DNA from: Folioceros fuciformis
Taxonomy: Eukaryota
Assembly: GCA_049999805.1 (NCBI GenBank)
Contig: JBNGIO010006317.1
Coordinates: 127,315 to 191,314 of the forward strand
Direction: 5' to 3'
Length of the DNA stretch: 64,000 bases
The notes under the pieces were generated by a model that made no database searches, was not told the DNA's origin, and was given only the letters and a program-made list of their open reading frames with translations. The position numbers and the translations under genes are program-made. This document shows, in pieces, positions 32,784 through 46,066 of the stretch; position 1 is the first letter of the stretch; every line of letters begins with the position of its first letter.

Positions 32784-34260
32784 TTATCTGGCAGCTCGCT
32801 GATGCTTGTCGGCCTTGCCAGCGCCTGTCTTGAGGTACGAGGGTCCCGACGGCTTGTAGGTCACCCAAGGGTTGTCTACTTGTTGAAATGTGTAGCCCAG
32901 CAGATCAGAATTGAGGCTCTCGGCCACAGTCACCCTCACAATCTCACCGAATTCGTCGTAGAAGTAGAAGGCAGCATCCAGCCAATCGGGGTCGTCGAAA
33001 TTCCTCCTCCCATCCAGGCCCTGCACTCCACCAAGGGCATGGCATAGATCAGACCTTCTCACCTGAAACCAAGTGCCCAACAAAGAGGAAGGAAGGGAGG
33101 ACGGTAGGAGGAGCAAGCTCGCTACTCACCTGCCAGACATTCCAGAGCCGATCTACATTTGCGTGGTGGGTGAAAAAGAGAGGATCCCTCACAGCCACAG
33201 CAGCAACTCCCATGTCCGCATACTGTCGGTCGCCGTCTCCAACCCAGAAATGCACTGCGGTGTGCGCCAGGCCCTCGAAGGTGACATCGGCCGTGTCCCA
33301 GTTGAACAGGTTGGGCGCATTCTCTCCTGCCCTCAGCGGGTATGACATGAAAGGCTCTCTCTCACCCCCAGCCGTGCTGTTCACAATCACACTCCACAAA
33401 TGCTCGTTGTTCAGCTCTCGGGCTTCATCTTCGTCCTCAATCACTGTATTCCTCCTCACCGACTCCTTGATGAGATTGATGATGTCAGGCGGGGCTCCCG
33501 GCGCGTGCCTCGCATCCCTGTTCTTGTGGTACAGCGCGGGGTATTTCTCCGGGTCCCGGAAGTAGTGAGGCATCACATTGGGAAGAAACCCATCCCCTGG
33601 ACGCTGATCATCCCAGTTCCAGAACGGAAGCGCAAAACTCTCATCTCCAAGCAGCTTGGCCAGAATCCGCTCGTGGAAGAAAGTCTGCCTGTAGGCTCCA
33701 TTGCCACACCACACAAGCCTTCAACACCCCACTTGACAGCACAAACAGCAACCCAACAGCCAGCCAGAATCAACCAACGCTTCGGCATACCATCTGTGGA
33801 AGGGGAAGAAGAGCCAGTTCATGTGGATGAGGTAGTTGAGATCGGCCCGCCCCGCTTGATGGCTCACCCCGGAGCTCCCATACATGCAGTGGAAGTTGCT
33901 CTGCTGCTCGACAGAGCGGGGATCGGTGGGCGGCAGATCCTTCAGCAGTTGATAAGCCCTGTCCAGCTGCACGAGATACGTCTCGTTCCCCGCCACCAAA
34001 TGCGCCGCGGCCCTCACCCGCGGCGGCCTCGGGAGCGGGCTCTGCCGCAGATACTGCTCCCAGGTCTTGTAGGTCGGGACGGGCTGCATCAGCGCCTCCA
34101 GACTGCAGCAGTTCAGATTGCGGTCCCCCGACGGGCCGGCCACCGCAGACGGCAGGCGCATGAGCTTGCAGACGGAGAAATCGGGCTCCAAGGGGGCTCC
34201 ATTCCCGGCAGTCACAGCCCACAGAAGAGCGAGGAGCGTCCAGGCAGCCCGCAGATCCAT
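32784..34260 (-). CDS. PPO: Polyphenol oxidase (type-III copper), short secretory form, 3 exons
   Basis: Signal peptide. CuA: HCMYG...IHMNWLFFPFHRW|QTFFHERIL. ALPFWNWD. CuB: AHTAVH...DMG...RDPLFFTHHANVDRLW. DWL domain: DPDWLDAAFYFYDE...LGYTF. Introns 33790-33689 and 33129-33021. Confidence 0.93.
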
Positions 34261-36752
34261 CTGATGCCACTCTTGCTCCTCCAGTTCTGCTTCTCGGCTC
34301 TCCAGCTCCTGCCGCTTGTCGCAGGAATGCAGGTCTTATTGCACACTATACTTGCGGTAATATTAGAAAATGTTGGCTGAGCTGTTGGGATGTGCTGAAG
34401 GGTGGACATTTGGGACCGAGGATCGGAGAACCGCCACTCCAGCATGAAGACTGTGAAGCGAGTACGTGTATTTTCTGTACGTTTGGTCTTTTCGATACAA
34501 TCAGAGAGACTCTGGTACTCACTGTACTGTCAGCACGCTTTTCACTAAGAAATGGTGTTCCTTGCTCTGTTCAGAGGCCAGGCTGCCACGCTCGCAGTGC
34601 CTGCAATCGGAGGGAGGCCGACACCGGCTCCTTCAGGTAACCAAGAGTGCAATACAGCATGTTGTGTTGGTGATTCTTGCTTGATGCACACATGTACTTA
34701 CTTACCTTGGTGCTTATGTCCTGTAGATCAATGAACTCGGAAGGCCTGATCGCTTTCGGGGTGGTGAAGATTTTATGACAGAGGACGTGTCAAATTTCAT
34801 CTTCCCCTCTCTTGGTGCTGCCTTGCTTTCGTTCTCTTGTGTTTTGTTTGAACGACGTGACGACGTCAGCATTAAGGACGGGGTGCGTGCAGATGTCTTT
34901 TACCTCACATCATCTGATCCACAACCTCCCCATATGCTGGCACTTGTGAGTCTTTGTTACACCCAGTCCTTCATGCGTATCCTGTGAGGAGGGGCTGCCA
35001 TAATGCCTTAAGCCTACCAGGATAGGACTCCTATCTGAGGAGCAATAAGTGATGTCTAGACATCTCATCTTAGAAGCCAGTCATACCCCGCTGTCAGGAG
35101 ATGGCGGCAGAGGACTCTGGTTTAATCTGATGGCCAGAGTTTTCGGCTGTGAGATCATGAGAAAGTCCTCCGTTGTACATAGAAAGAAGTGCTAGTCCTG
35201 TAGACTGCTGGGATCGGATTCCCTGTTTGAGTACACGTCAAACTAACGGGCTGTTGTTGGCAACGTCACAGTTGAGTGTGCTACTGTTAGAAGAAGAAGA
35301 AGGATTCCATTAGAGTCCACGAAGGACGGATTTCCGTCTTGGAACTTGGTAGGCTCGGCTGCTATAACACTGAGTGGGCACTCGACTGACTGCTGTCCTG
35401 GACATGGAACATGATGAAACCTCTTCTGGACTGCCTGATCGACAACCTATGACTGCAGTTGCCTGCCCTTCTGTAAGGAACCAGTGCTTGCACAAGCGCC
35501 TAGAAGGCATGGGGCATCTGCTGTAGGCAACCTACCTACATGGTGCTTGGATGTCAATCTGCATTCTCATGGCGGAATGGTCCTAAGCCTACATGCCGTC
35601 ACCTATCCACCACCAAGTCTTGGCCTCCATAACGACCTGCAATGTCCCCATTGCTTCTGGGGATACGTGGGCAAGGGGACTTGGCAATACCTTGCCAATT
35701 TAGTCCTAAGCCTGAGAAATCTTAGCCATACCTCGCTCATGAACTCGTGAGCCTGAACAAGCGAAATGGCACCACCGCCTGGTAGGATCTTCTCTTTCGA
35801 AGTTCCAGCAAAGGGAAGTACATGCACTCGGCTTCTTCTGTTGTTGCAGGAATTGTCGTGTAAAGTCATCTGGATTCATGGAGACGGCACACCTCTATGA
35901 TTGGCTCCATCTTTAGTATCATAGGAGTCGGCATGGCAAACAGGGTTGTGGGCTCCATGGCAGCGGCTATCGGGAGCTTTTGCTGGTGGAATTGGGAACT
36001 AGCTGATCCTCCGAAATGTGGCTTTCGTGATCTCATCACGAAAGCGGGGGTAATGTGATGGAACCGATCGTGCTTGCTTAATGCTCCGGCAAGCAAACAT
36101 TTGGGTCTTGAGACCTTCCATCCCTGCCGCGTCGCTCCTCCTGAAGGACGAACAATCCCTCAGATTGAGGAGTTGATGAAAGCCTTGCCGTCCTCCCTGC
36201 TCCCACAGTACTGAAAGGAAGGTGATGTGATGGTGGCGTCACCTTGCAGGTTTACTGACTTGGCCTGAAACCGACTCATCGGGAGAAGCTCCAGAATCGG
36301 TCACAGTTCTGCAAAATGTGAAGGTAGACAGAAAAATCAGGACAAGAGCGGAACAGGCGAACAATGACATTTCATGTAGCTGCAGGAGCCTGGAGTACGT
36401 ACATGATATTTCTTGCCTCCAGAATATCTGGTACACCCCAGGAGGAGTGATAAACTTCTATGAGAGACACCCACCCATTGACGAGAGGGTGCCTTTGTGC
36501 CTGATTTGCAGCTCCAATTGTGCCAAAAATAGACAACATGAGGTTCAGGCTTGTGGCATTGGCCTTTCTGCAGCCTGACCTTCCGCCTCCTTTCATGCTC
36601 AGTCCCAGTCTTCGATATATGTATGTCTTGGGACTCGATTCACTGCACTCCCACGTCTACTTCCGCCCTGCTTTTCCCTACATCCGAGCACGCAACAGGC
36701 AGCTGTAGGTCAGGTGCACACATTTCTTGTAAGGCCAGATCTCGGAGTAAGG

Positions 36753-38053
36753 ATGGCAGAAGACGGATACATTTTTCTGGACGGCTCCCAGATCCGCAAG
36801 GCTCTGCCGGAGCTGGAGCCCCGGGTGGCCAAGAGGTTTGCCGATCTGGATGTGGAGGGAAAGGGCTTGCTCATCGGGAAGCAAGCAAAAGAGGTAGCAG
36901 ACGCAGAGGCTACTATTCTGCTGCTGGGAGTTGAGCTGCCCGCTGAGCGTCTGGACGGGCTGTTTGAAGGCATTGTCGGGCCGCAGGATGAACTGAAGCT
37001 GGAGGAGTTCTGGAGTGTTGTGGAAAAGTATTTGGGGGCGCTGGCAGATGATCTGGAAGGTAGATCCTTCCATCAGGCGAACGACGTCGAAGAGTTGACT
37101 GGATTAGAAAGAAATGGTATTCGATCTTAAGCCCACCACTGGTGCTAACGGATTGCTTTCGGTGGTGGCAGGGAATCGACTGGTGGTGTCAGCCTTAGAC
37201 GGATCAGCTATCAGAGACCTGCTGGAAGATGAAGATGACTTTGCAGTTTTAGCTGAAACTCTGTTCACCAAACTGGATCTGGACGAGAACGGCAAGCTAA
37301 GCCGGAGTGAGCTTCAACCGGCCCTTCTCCAGCTGGGTGTGGAGCTGGGTGTCCCAACTCCAGCAGGTGAGTAAGACAAACAATTTGGTCCCTTTGTGAC
37401 GACAGAAAAAAAAAATCCATCCATACGTTACCTAAGTCATTCCATCCATATCTTTGCAGAGAAGCCTGAGGCAGAATCATTACTGACCGATCTGTTCAAG
37501 AAACATGGGGCGGAAGGGGAGGACGAGATCGGGCAGACGCAGTTCGCAAATCTGCTTCAGGATATGTTGGAAGATCTGGCCAGCACCCTGGAGGCGAACC
37601 CCGTGATTGTACAACACCCTGGGTTCGATCCAGAAAGATGTGTCAAGGCTCCAGCTTTGGAAGAGGTAAGTCCACCAAACACTTTCCGTCAAGGCGTGAT
37701 CCCACGCCCTCTGACCTTCCCCTAACATGGCCTTCATTAACTTGCTGCTGTTCTTGCAGATGCTGGCAGACGATGCTAAGGTGAACGAAATTGCGGAGGG
37801 GTTTTTCAGGGCTCTCGATGTGAACCAAGATGGGAAACTAGACAGAGAAGAGGTGAAGCCCTTGTTCATGGTGAATAGCCAGGGCTTGCCTCCTATGGTC
37901 GCCGAGCAGCAAGCAGAACATCAAATTGATACCATCTTCCCCGAAGAGAACGCACAAATCAAGGGCGAGATAAACAAGGACGACTTCAAGAAATTTGTGG
38001 GCACCGTTTTGGAAGGCTACTTAGCGATAGAACAGGATTCCGGGAGACAGTGA
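36753..38053 (+). CDS. Plant calcium-binding EF-hand family protein (repeated LDGS units), multi-exon
   Basis: IFLDGSQIR; ALDGSAIRDLLEDEDDFAVLAETLFTKLDLDENGKLSRSEL...LGVELGVP; DVNQDGKLDREE. Several GT-AG introns; exact boundaries approximate. Confidence 0.82.
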
Positions 38054-38566
38054 GAGAGACTTCAAAACTTCCATACCGGATTGTAGCATGGACGTGGTCC
38101 AGATGATATGACAGCACGACATTTGTCCATGATTCCATCCTAGTTCAGGAGACCGTCATTTCTCATGATACGTATGAAGGAACCTGTTTCAAGAATGTAC
38201 AGCACTGACGTCGTCTAAACCGACCCTCATCAAGCATCAGGCGATTCTGTCAGAGACCCTGGCAGTCAGCCAAATCCGACTACCAGAATATCCTTGGATG
38301 AGGGATTGGACAAAACTCGCCTCGTTCTCGCAGCGATTAGTTCTTGATCTTGCAGCAGGCGCAAGATAGGTACGCTCACTCAGCTTCTCCTCCGCAAGTA
38401 GGCTCCCGAGGTGTTGTGAGTTATGAAATCGCGATATGTACTTCCAGGTAGGCCAAAGGTGGAGAGCGAGCGTGTGTGAAATTTCTGCTGGGACGCCCGG
38501 TGTTCTACCGTCTTCCAAGGGATACGGCGTGCAAACCCGGAGGTGAAGGTTACGGCGGTGTCTGCC

Positions 38567-39602
38567 ATGACGGACTCCACCAACGGAGGAAAAGGAGAAG
38601 ACGGGGGAGCAACCGCTATTTCCTCACACACGGACCCAGCCACGCCGGCAACAGCTCCGCCTTCTTCTGCATCCTCTCCATCGAAAGTAGGTTAATTGGT
38701 GCCAGCTGCTCAGCAAGATAACCAGAACCTAAGCATGGCCTGTGGTTGTGGAGGCATCGGAAGCAGGGGAACTATGGTTACTGTTTCCCCGCTGTGACCG
38801 TGCCAGCGCTCCTTTTCCTTCGCTTGCTGCTTGCAGTTCGCCATTTCAATACTTTGTGGTGATGATTGATCCGCGACACTAGGGTTTACATCCTGTCGAG
38901 GTAGAGCTGAGGCTACTAGAGGCTTTGGAAATATACCACCCTGCCAAACTTCAAGGTATACTGTCAGTCTGTTCCATCACTACCGCCGCTTGTCTTCTGG
39001 CAGCTCGGAGTGTGTTACCAGTAGCATTTAGGCTGCCATGAACATTGCTGTTCGTGCTGGTAGCTATGCTTTCATCATAGTGTGGAGCGAAGTGTCTCTA
39101 ACGAAACCAGGCTGTAGGCTGTGTGTTTGGCTCGTCACTTGGAGGGCCAGAATTTTAGCATCTGAACTGCTCTTCTCTTCTCTGACTATTTCAGTGCCTG
39201 CAGGGATGCATAGACACTTCATCCTGTACGGGCTTATGGAAAATCTGGAGAAAAGGTTTTATTCCCCATTCTCTCCACACCTTTGCATTGTTCATTTGCT
39301 TTGCTGTGCCATCAGCCCTAGAGTCGAAGGAAGTCCTCAACTCAAACACGTCTACTTTGTCTGCAGACTCAACCAACGGTTCACCCCTGAGGATGTCCTA
39401 CAACTGCTCGAGCGTTTCTACAATCTGGAAATGCTGGTTAGCACGCCCCCCTGCCGGTGCTATCCCTCTCATACGTGCTCCATACCACGTCTCACATTCT
39501 CATATTCAGAAACCCGACGACGAGGAGATGGAGCTTCTGAGCCAGCAAGAAGAATTCTCCCTGCCCTCCTCCATGTTCGTAGCCTCGGAGGACTCATCGT
39601 AA
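38567..39602 (+). CDS. EAF7: Chromatin modification-related protein EAF7/MRGBP (NuA4 subunit), about 5 exons
   Basis: Spliced: MTDSTNGG...|VELRLLEALEIYHPAKLQ|GMHRHFILYGLMENLEKR|LNQRFTPEDVLQLLERFYNLEML|KPDDEEMELLSQQEEFSLP. Confidence 0.85.
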
Positions 39603-40694
39603 CACTCCATCGGACGTGGGCGGTGTCGAGGGTGCGTGCCGCGTCGCTCGCCGTCCATGTGAGCTTCGTCCGTGCATCATTGTTTGAAGATTTTTCTTGG
39701 GTCCACACAAAAGTTGCCCACAGTACTAAACTATTTTTTCATGTGCAGATATGGTCCAGAGTGGTCCAACAGGGTCCTCTCGATTGTTCATCAATCCTCC
39801 TTCCCGCGGTTGGTGGGCAGACGATTGAGGGTCTGGCTCATGAGAGATTCGCTTGAATCCAGTACCTACCGTTTGGCAGGACTGGGTCCCCTTGACCCAT
39901 GCCCTACTCGGTCTCTCCAGCACGCCTCATTTAGGTGGCCGCGACGATGAAGTGTACCGTGTCCTACCGTAGGAACCGTGACGCCTCCATCTGTACGTGT
40001 CGAAGAAACAAATGTATCTCGGGCAGTGACTTGGTTAGCTGTTTCCCAGTTGAGTATCTGCCTTGCCATCTTCGCTGGCTCATCTTCATAGGTTGGTGGG
40101 TTCATAGCGAAGCTAGCCTTCCCGCACGTGGTCCAGACCGGCTTCGGACCGAACAACGTGCCGCTGCCTTGTCATGCCAATCAGCGGGGGCTCGCGGTGG
40201 TAACATAATCCGGGAAAGGGGTGTGCAGGAGGGGCCATTGTCTGGTAGCACAGTGGATTCTTTGTCAGAGACGGAACTGGAAGACAAAACATAGTTGCAG
40301 ACGCACAAACTAGCGCCGCTAACGACGTACGTAGGTGGGAAGATAACCGTGCGGATGAAAGTCGTGACTCCAAGTGTGCGCATCAAGGTAACCTTGTCAT
40401 GCATTGTTGACCATGGGCATCCCGACTTGCAACTTCCTGGAGGATGCCTTGCCTTTTCTTAGATTGCGTCAGCGTCTTTTCTTCCCTCTCCATTCACCCA
40501 CCGATCTGCATCCGCTTCTGCTATTTGAACGAGGCAGCCTGCGGGCATCCAGCCCCTCCTCGGATCCAGGATCCTCAGGGCTGGGAAGTTGTTTCGTGCT
40601 GGAAAGTCGGGATTTTCCGAGCATTCGTTTGCTGTCGTGGTTGTTTGGGGACCACAATGCGACTCTGTGTTCGCCTTGGATCAGCTGGCTCACT

Positions 40695-40766
40695 GTAGCA
40701 GGAGCAGTAGCAGTAGCTTAAACAGAAGCAGAAGCAGTAGCAGTAGCAGAAACAGAAGCAGAAGCA
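40695..40766. repeat. (AGCAGT/AGCAGA)n simple repeat, likely 5' UTR
   Basis: gtagcaggagcagtagcagtagc...agaagcagaagcagtagcagtagcagaaacagaagcagaagcag. Confidence 0.8.
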
Positions 40767-40809
40767 GTGTTGGGAGCGCTGTGTCTGCTCTCTGATTGTA
40801 GGTCCGTTG

Positions 40810-43785
40810 ATGATGGACAAAAGACCAAAGCAAGTAGTGTTCAAGTCGCCTGACACAGGTGAGGATGAGCTCCGGAAGACATCGACTTCGAAGAGGACTA
40901 AGAAAGACCGTAAACTTGGGGTACCCCTCTTCAGCCTCCGCTTCTCAAAACGCTCCGATGTTTGCAGGTCGCCGCATCCTTACAGCCCAGGAGTGTGGTC
41001 CACTACTACCCCTGGCAGTTCGACTGGATCAGTTGAGATGAACAAGGGCGAGGCCGTACTCACGGTAGACAGAGATCCGGAGGCGGTGGAAGAGCCTGTT
41101 GATGAGACAGATTTGGATGAAGATGAGGATTTCAAGTGGTATGGGCGAAAGGATAAGCTGGCTCCGGAAACTGCAATCACACTGTTTGCTCTCAGATTGG
41201 CGGCTCTGGAGAAGACAGCCAGCAATCTAGGGACCCTTGCATTTTTGTGGGCGACTGTCGTGTTGTTGGGTGGGTTTGCTACCACTGCCAAATCCATTGA
41301 TTTCTGGGTTGTCGCGGTGTTGCTCTTCACCGAAGGGATAAGGATATTTGCCAGAAGCCATGAGCTGGAGTGGCAGCATGTCGCATCCAAGGCCACGAAG
41401 GCGTTTACCGAAAGGGCCAAAAGGGCGACCACCACCGTATACAAGGTGCTGTGGTCCTGGAATTGATTCCCTACATGCTTGGCAGTAGCAGACTGTTTCC
41501 TTTGTTTAGGATGGATAACGATGACTGACAGCTCCCGTGACATGCAGGTTGGATCTGATGTTATGCAGAGGAGCTCACAAATGGTGAGGACGGTTCTGCA
41601 TTCTCTTGTTTACAAGCCTGAGAATGCCGAGCATGGCGTGGATCATGCAGTACTTGAAGGGGATGGCCTTGAGTTGGGACCAATCCCAACACCGCAGAAA
41701 ATTGATCAGAGAAAAATCCCGAAATTAAAACATGAAGATAGGACCATCAGCACCCTGAAGCAGGCTGCAGCGGCACCTAGTGGGAATCCGGGGTTGATGA
41801 AGCGAACATGGTCCAGCACACTTGTTCCTTTCATACCTTTCTCCCGGCTGACCCTCTTTTCTGCTCAAGCAATCAGTCTCTATCTCTACTGGATGCAGAT
41901 ATGTTCAGCAATCTCGAGTGTTGGCTTGTCGAGTTGGCGACTGTACCACCATGACTTCATTGACCCGTCCTCTGATCTCGGGAAAGCTGCCAACAATCTT
42001 ATTCTTGCGCTGGACCTGTTCTACGGCTTGGCCCTTGCTGAGGCTGCCGTCTTCCTTTTGGAAAGGTTCTACTGGGAGGTGAAGCTCACCCACGAACAGT
42101 TGATCGTGAAGGTGAGCAAGGACTACAAGTTGCAGAACAAGGAGATGCAAGACGTGGTCAAGGCTTTCTTCTACGAGGTTTACAGCAAGAGCTTAGAAGG
42201 GAGCTTGTTCACAGGGCTAGACATGGACCTGGTAGCGTATTCCATCGATCTCATCCAGAAAGATTCCCCCAAGGACCAGCTAGCAGGCTCCCAGCTGCTC
42301 AAAGCATTGCTCGACGATAAAAGCTCTGCCGAAGACACCCTCCGTCGTCTCGGCTCCACACCCAGGGTGTTTGAGCGGCTTGTGGAAATGCTGTCATGGC
42401 ATAATCAGCACGAGGAGCAGATCCGTATCTCAGCTGCTGAGATTGTGCACAAACTGGTGCTCTTCAGCCGTAACACATTCCGCATTGCCAGCATAGCTGG
42501 TGCTCTGGAGAGCATAGTGTCCCTGCTGGGTGTTTCGGAGTTGACGGGACTGGAGAACATGGACACCACGGATGATGCCACCACGCTCCGGCTCTCAGGG
42601 CTGCGCATCTTGAAATACTTGGCCCGTGATTACAACAACAGGGCCAGAATCGGGGCCACCAGGAGCTTGCTTCCTATCCTCGTGTCCTTCACGCACGTCA
42701 AGACGAAGCCTGAATTAGATCTCCAGGTATCTGAAGTACCTGCTGGCAAGGTGTTTAAGAAATCGTTGCAAATTCTGAGCATGCTGGCATCCACTCCGGG
42801 TACTACAGGGACCCAGCTGCGGGCATCCATCATCCACGTGATCTTCGCTGTGCGGAACATCAGGGACATTCTACAATATGGGTCGCGCAATCTCCCAATG
42901 CAGGCGTGTGCTGTGGACCTCCTTATCAACTTGGCTATGGACGATGACATCAAGGTGCGGGAAAGCCTGGGCGGCACGGGAGGTTTGATACGCCATCTTA
43001 TTGCGCTCCTGCTGTTCAAAAAGACCTTGCAACCAGAAGAGACAATGCTGCAGGAGCAACTCCGGCTAGCCGAGAAGGCAGGAAAGTCGCTCAACCTGCT
43101 TGCTCTGCAAAACGAGAAAAACTGCCGCAGAATGATCCAGCTGCGGGATCTGGAAACAGGGCAGAAAATCCCGACTCTGCAATACTTGATGGAGCTGGTG
43201 CCAGACGTCGAGCTCGGGGCCACATCCGCCAACATACTGCGCTCCTTCTGCGTGTATGCGAATCCGGAAGACAAGGCACAGCTGACAACCATCATCCCTG
43301 CTGCCTTCGTCATTGTCATGACGAAGGACGGGAAACACCAGGAATCCGCACTAGGCCTGGCTGCTCAGGCTCTTTCATATACCGTGGCCACCGGAGAATA
43401 CGGTGCTGCAGAGCTGGACAGAGTCTTCTCAAAGATCGAAGTGGACAAGCACATGTTCGTCCACAAGCTTATGACACTCATCCCGTCCAAGACTTCTCGG
43501 CCAAGGCTGAGGCGTCATGCCGTGGAGCTCATGAACGCTCTCATGGATGCGGATCCATGTTTTGTGCACAAGTTCCGGGAAGCTGACCTAGAGAAGAAGC
43601 TGCATTTCTTGCTGGAGACGATATGGGACATCGAAAACTACTACACTTTCTCCGGCCATGTAGGGCTCACACGCCACCAGCAGGACATGGAAGACTTGGT
43701 CCGTAGCGCCCAAGATAGACTGCTTCCATTTCAATCTCCAGGAGCTGCCTCACCGATGTCAGGACTGCAGCGATCCATGTCCTGA
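40810..43785 (+). CDS. BLE2-like protein: N-terminal transmembrane segments plus ARM-repeat region (2 exons)
   Basis: ALRLAALEKTASNLGTLAFLWATVVLLGGF...DFW...TEGIRIFARSHELEWQH and LDLFYGLALAEAAVFLLE, followed by a long ARM-like helical region. Intron about 41446-41547. Confidence 0.8.
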
Positions 43786-43959
43786 TGCCATGGATACTGA
43801 AGCCAGGACTCTTAATTGGTGGACACTACACTGCGAGAGAGAGCAAGTACTTGCACACAAAGCACTCGTATGTGTACTAGAACTCAAGACAACCGTCTTA
43901 AATACAGGAATGTCTGGTTCAGATATAGCGTAACCTCCGCGTGTGACTGAATGCTAGCC

Positions 43960-44260
43960 GATGAACCAATGTCAGCGTAATTTACGCTTCTATCACCTCC
44001 CTCCTGCAGCCGTGGTTGCACCTATGGTGTGAAGCATCACTGTTTTGTCCAAGGAGGGCTTCAGGATTGATCGTGCCCTCTTGTCCTTCTGCTGCCAAGC
44101 TACGACAACTTCTGGTGGAGCTGTAGGGATAGCTGCAGAACCATCTACAATATGTATCAACTCATGTTCTTCAAAAATTCGTGTCAGACTCTTTCATGGA
44201 CCAGATAGCATAATGGGTCCCATTGAATCTTTCCTTACGAGAGGGATGGTAGTAACTGTA
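43960..44260 (-). mobile_element. Ty1/copia gag N-terminal fragment (frameshifted relic)
   Basis: Minus strand reads ERFNGTHYAIWSMK, then after a frameshift IFEEHELIHIVDGSAAIPTAPPEVVVAWQQKDKRARSILKPSLDKTVMLHTIGATTA, matching the copia gag (UBN2-type) pattern. Confidence 0.75.
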
Positions 44261-45218
44261 GGACTATGTGAACAAGTACCGCCGCCTGACATGCTTGCTA
44301 AGAGAGTATCATGCACTGACATGAAGAGTGACCTGACCTTTGAAGGTAGTATTTCCTGAACTGCCTGAGGAGAGAAATCGAAAGGTGAGAATGTTTCAGT
44401 GTGTGACTCGAAAACCAAGGAGGCCAGATCAATTATCTCGCCTTCCTGATCAGAATAATGATCTGAATGCGTACTGTTAAACTAAGTCAGCAGTGACTGG
44501 AAGAGAAAGGGCGAGGTTTCCTACAGGGATGACCACCTTCCGCAGTACATGAACGAAGGTTCAGGCACAACTTGTTACATGGTTGTATCATATCCGCGAT
44601 GTGCTCAATGAGTTCTGCTTGCGCATGCATTTGACGGTGAGCACGGGCTGAAATGCTGAAGGGTGGCTCGTCAGAATCACAAGCTGCAGGAGTGCACAGG
44701 GCTTCAAAGACATTTTTGCTGGGCTGCAAATCACCGCAGGAATGAGTTCAATGTAGAGATGCTGTCTCTCACGCATGCATGTAAGTGTCTTTGATCGATG
44801 CCCTAACTGAACGAGAAGAAAGCTTACCATCTTCACAAATTGAGATTAGATTGCGCGTTAAAGAGGAAGGTGGACGTGCACAAAGCCCGTCACTCTACGC
44901 CTCGGCATCTTGAGAACTTGATCGCCTACTGCTCATGCGCACTGTCCCGAGCTCTAGTACGTGGCAGCGATCCATGTCGTGATGCCACGGATACTCGGGA
45001 CAGGACTCGAAGTACCCAGGACTATGCCCACAAACATGGGAAGAATCTGGTAGGATATTGATTGTATTGCTTTTAAAAAGAATTCCAGTCATTACATACC
45101 ATATGGCTAGTCTTGTGGTTTATGGGTGATGTGATAAAGTGGCATGATATTTCACGTTGTGTCTAAGCAAGTGACTCGATATCTCCGGAGTTCACCACCT
45201 GCCTTATCTAAAGCCAAA

Positions 45219-46066
45219 TGATACCAATGTTGAACAAAACCACATCACAAACTAAAGATCTTGGTGATCATAGAGATCTATGCGTAGCTTATTGCAAGCT
45301 AGTTCGATGCCAACTTATGTTATCTTCCAAAGTGCTTGTGGGTGCTTAATGAGTATATCACCAGCTAAGTGGCCTAGGTTCATGATGGAGGATACACTCT
45401 CTTGGAGTTCGGTGAGTCCATGGTTAAGACAATAGACTCCTGTTAACTCTTGTTGCCCATCCTAGCCATCGATGATGAACAGATGAAGAACCTCATTCTT
45501 CACGGTCTCTTACAGAGTCTGGGTGACAACAATGACCAATGGGGAAGCATGTTGTTGTTGTCATCAGATAGAGACTTGACCTTAGCACGTGACCCTCAGA
45601 AGCTTTTGGCAAAGTCAGTAGCCTTTAGCTTCCACCTCCTTGACCTACTAGTGGAAGAATATAAAGAATGAAATGCTAACAAAGGGCAGCTCTAGGGAAG
45701 AACAAAATATCTAGGTTATGCACATTAGAATTAGAGACAATCCACTTGAGCATACTTGGATATGGAACAAATGCTTATAGTAGGATAGATGTTGGAGGAT
45801 CTAAAGCTTTCACAATGCAATAAATTAACCAGCTTCTACATTTAGCGTTATCCGACTTAAGACCAACTAGCTTATCCAACATTAAGATCAAAAAGTTGTA
45901 TCCAACATTAAGACCTACCAACTTTTTGATCCACTTGGATGTCTATGATTAGCCAACTTTAAGACCAACTAGCTTCTACATTTATGATGATCTAACTTTA
46001 GTACCAGCTTTGATATCGAGTCAATATCCTATTCTATGTCTACTAAGCAAAAAAGCTATGTCAACA
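45219..46066 (-). mobile_element. Possible degenerate LTR with adjacent partial tRNA-iMet primer binding site
   Basis: TGTTGA (45228) ... TCAACA (46061-46066). The neighbouring tgatacca (45219-45226) reads TGGTATCA on minus and faces the copia gag fragment. No second LTR seen. Confidence 0.3.

Noticed and set aside
34400-36700. Short ORFs upstream of PPO, faintly coding-like
   Set aside because: Interrupted frames and no family could be recognised.
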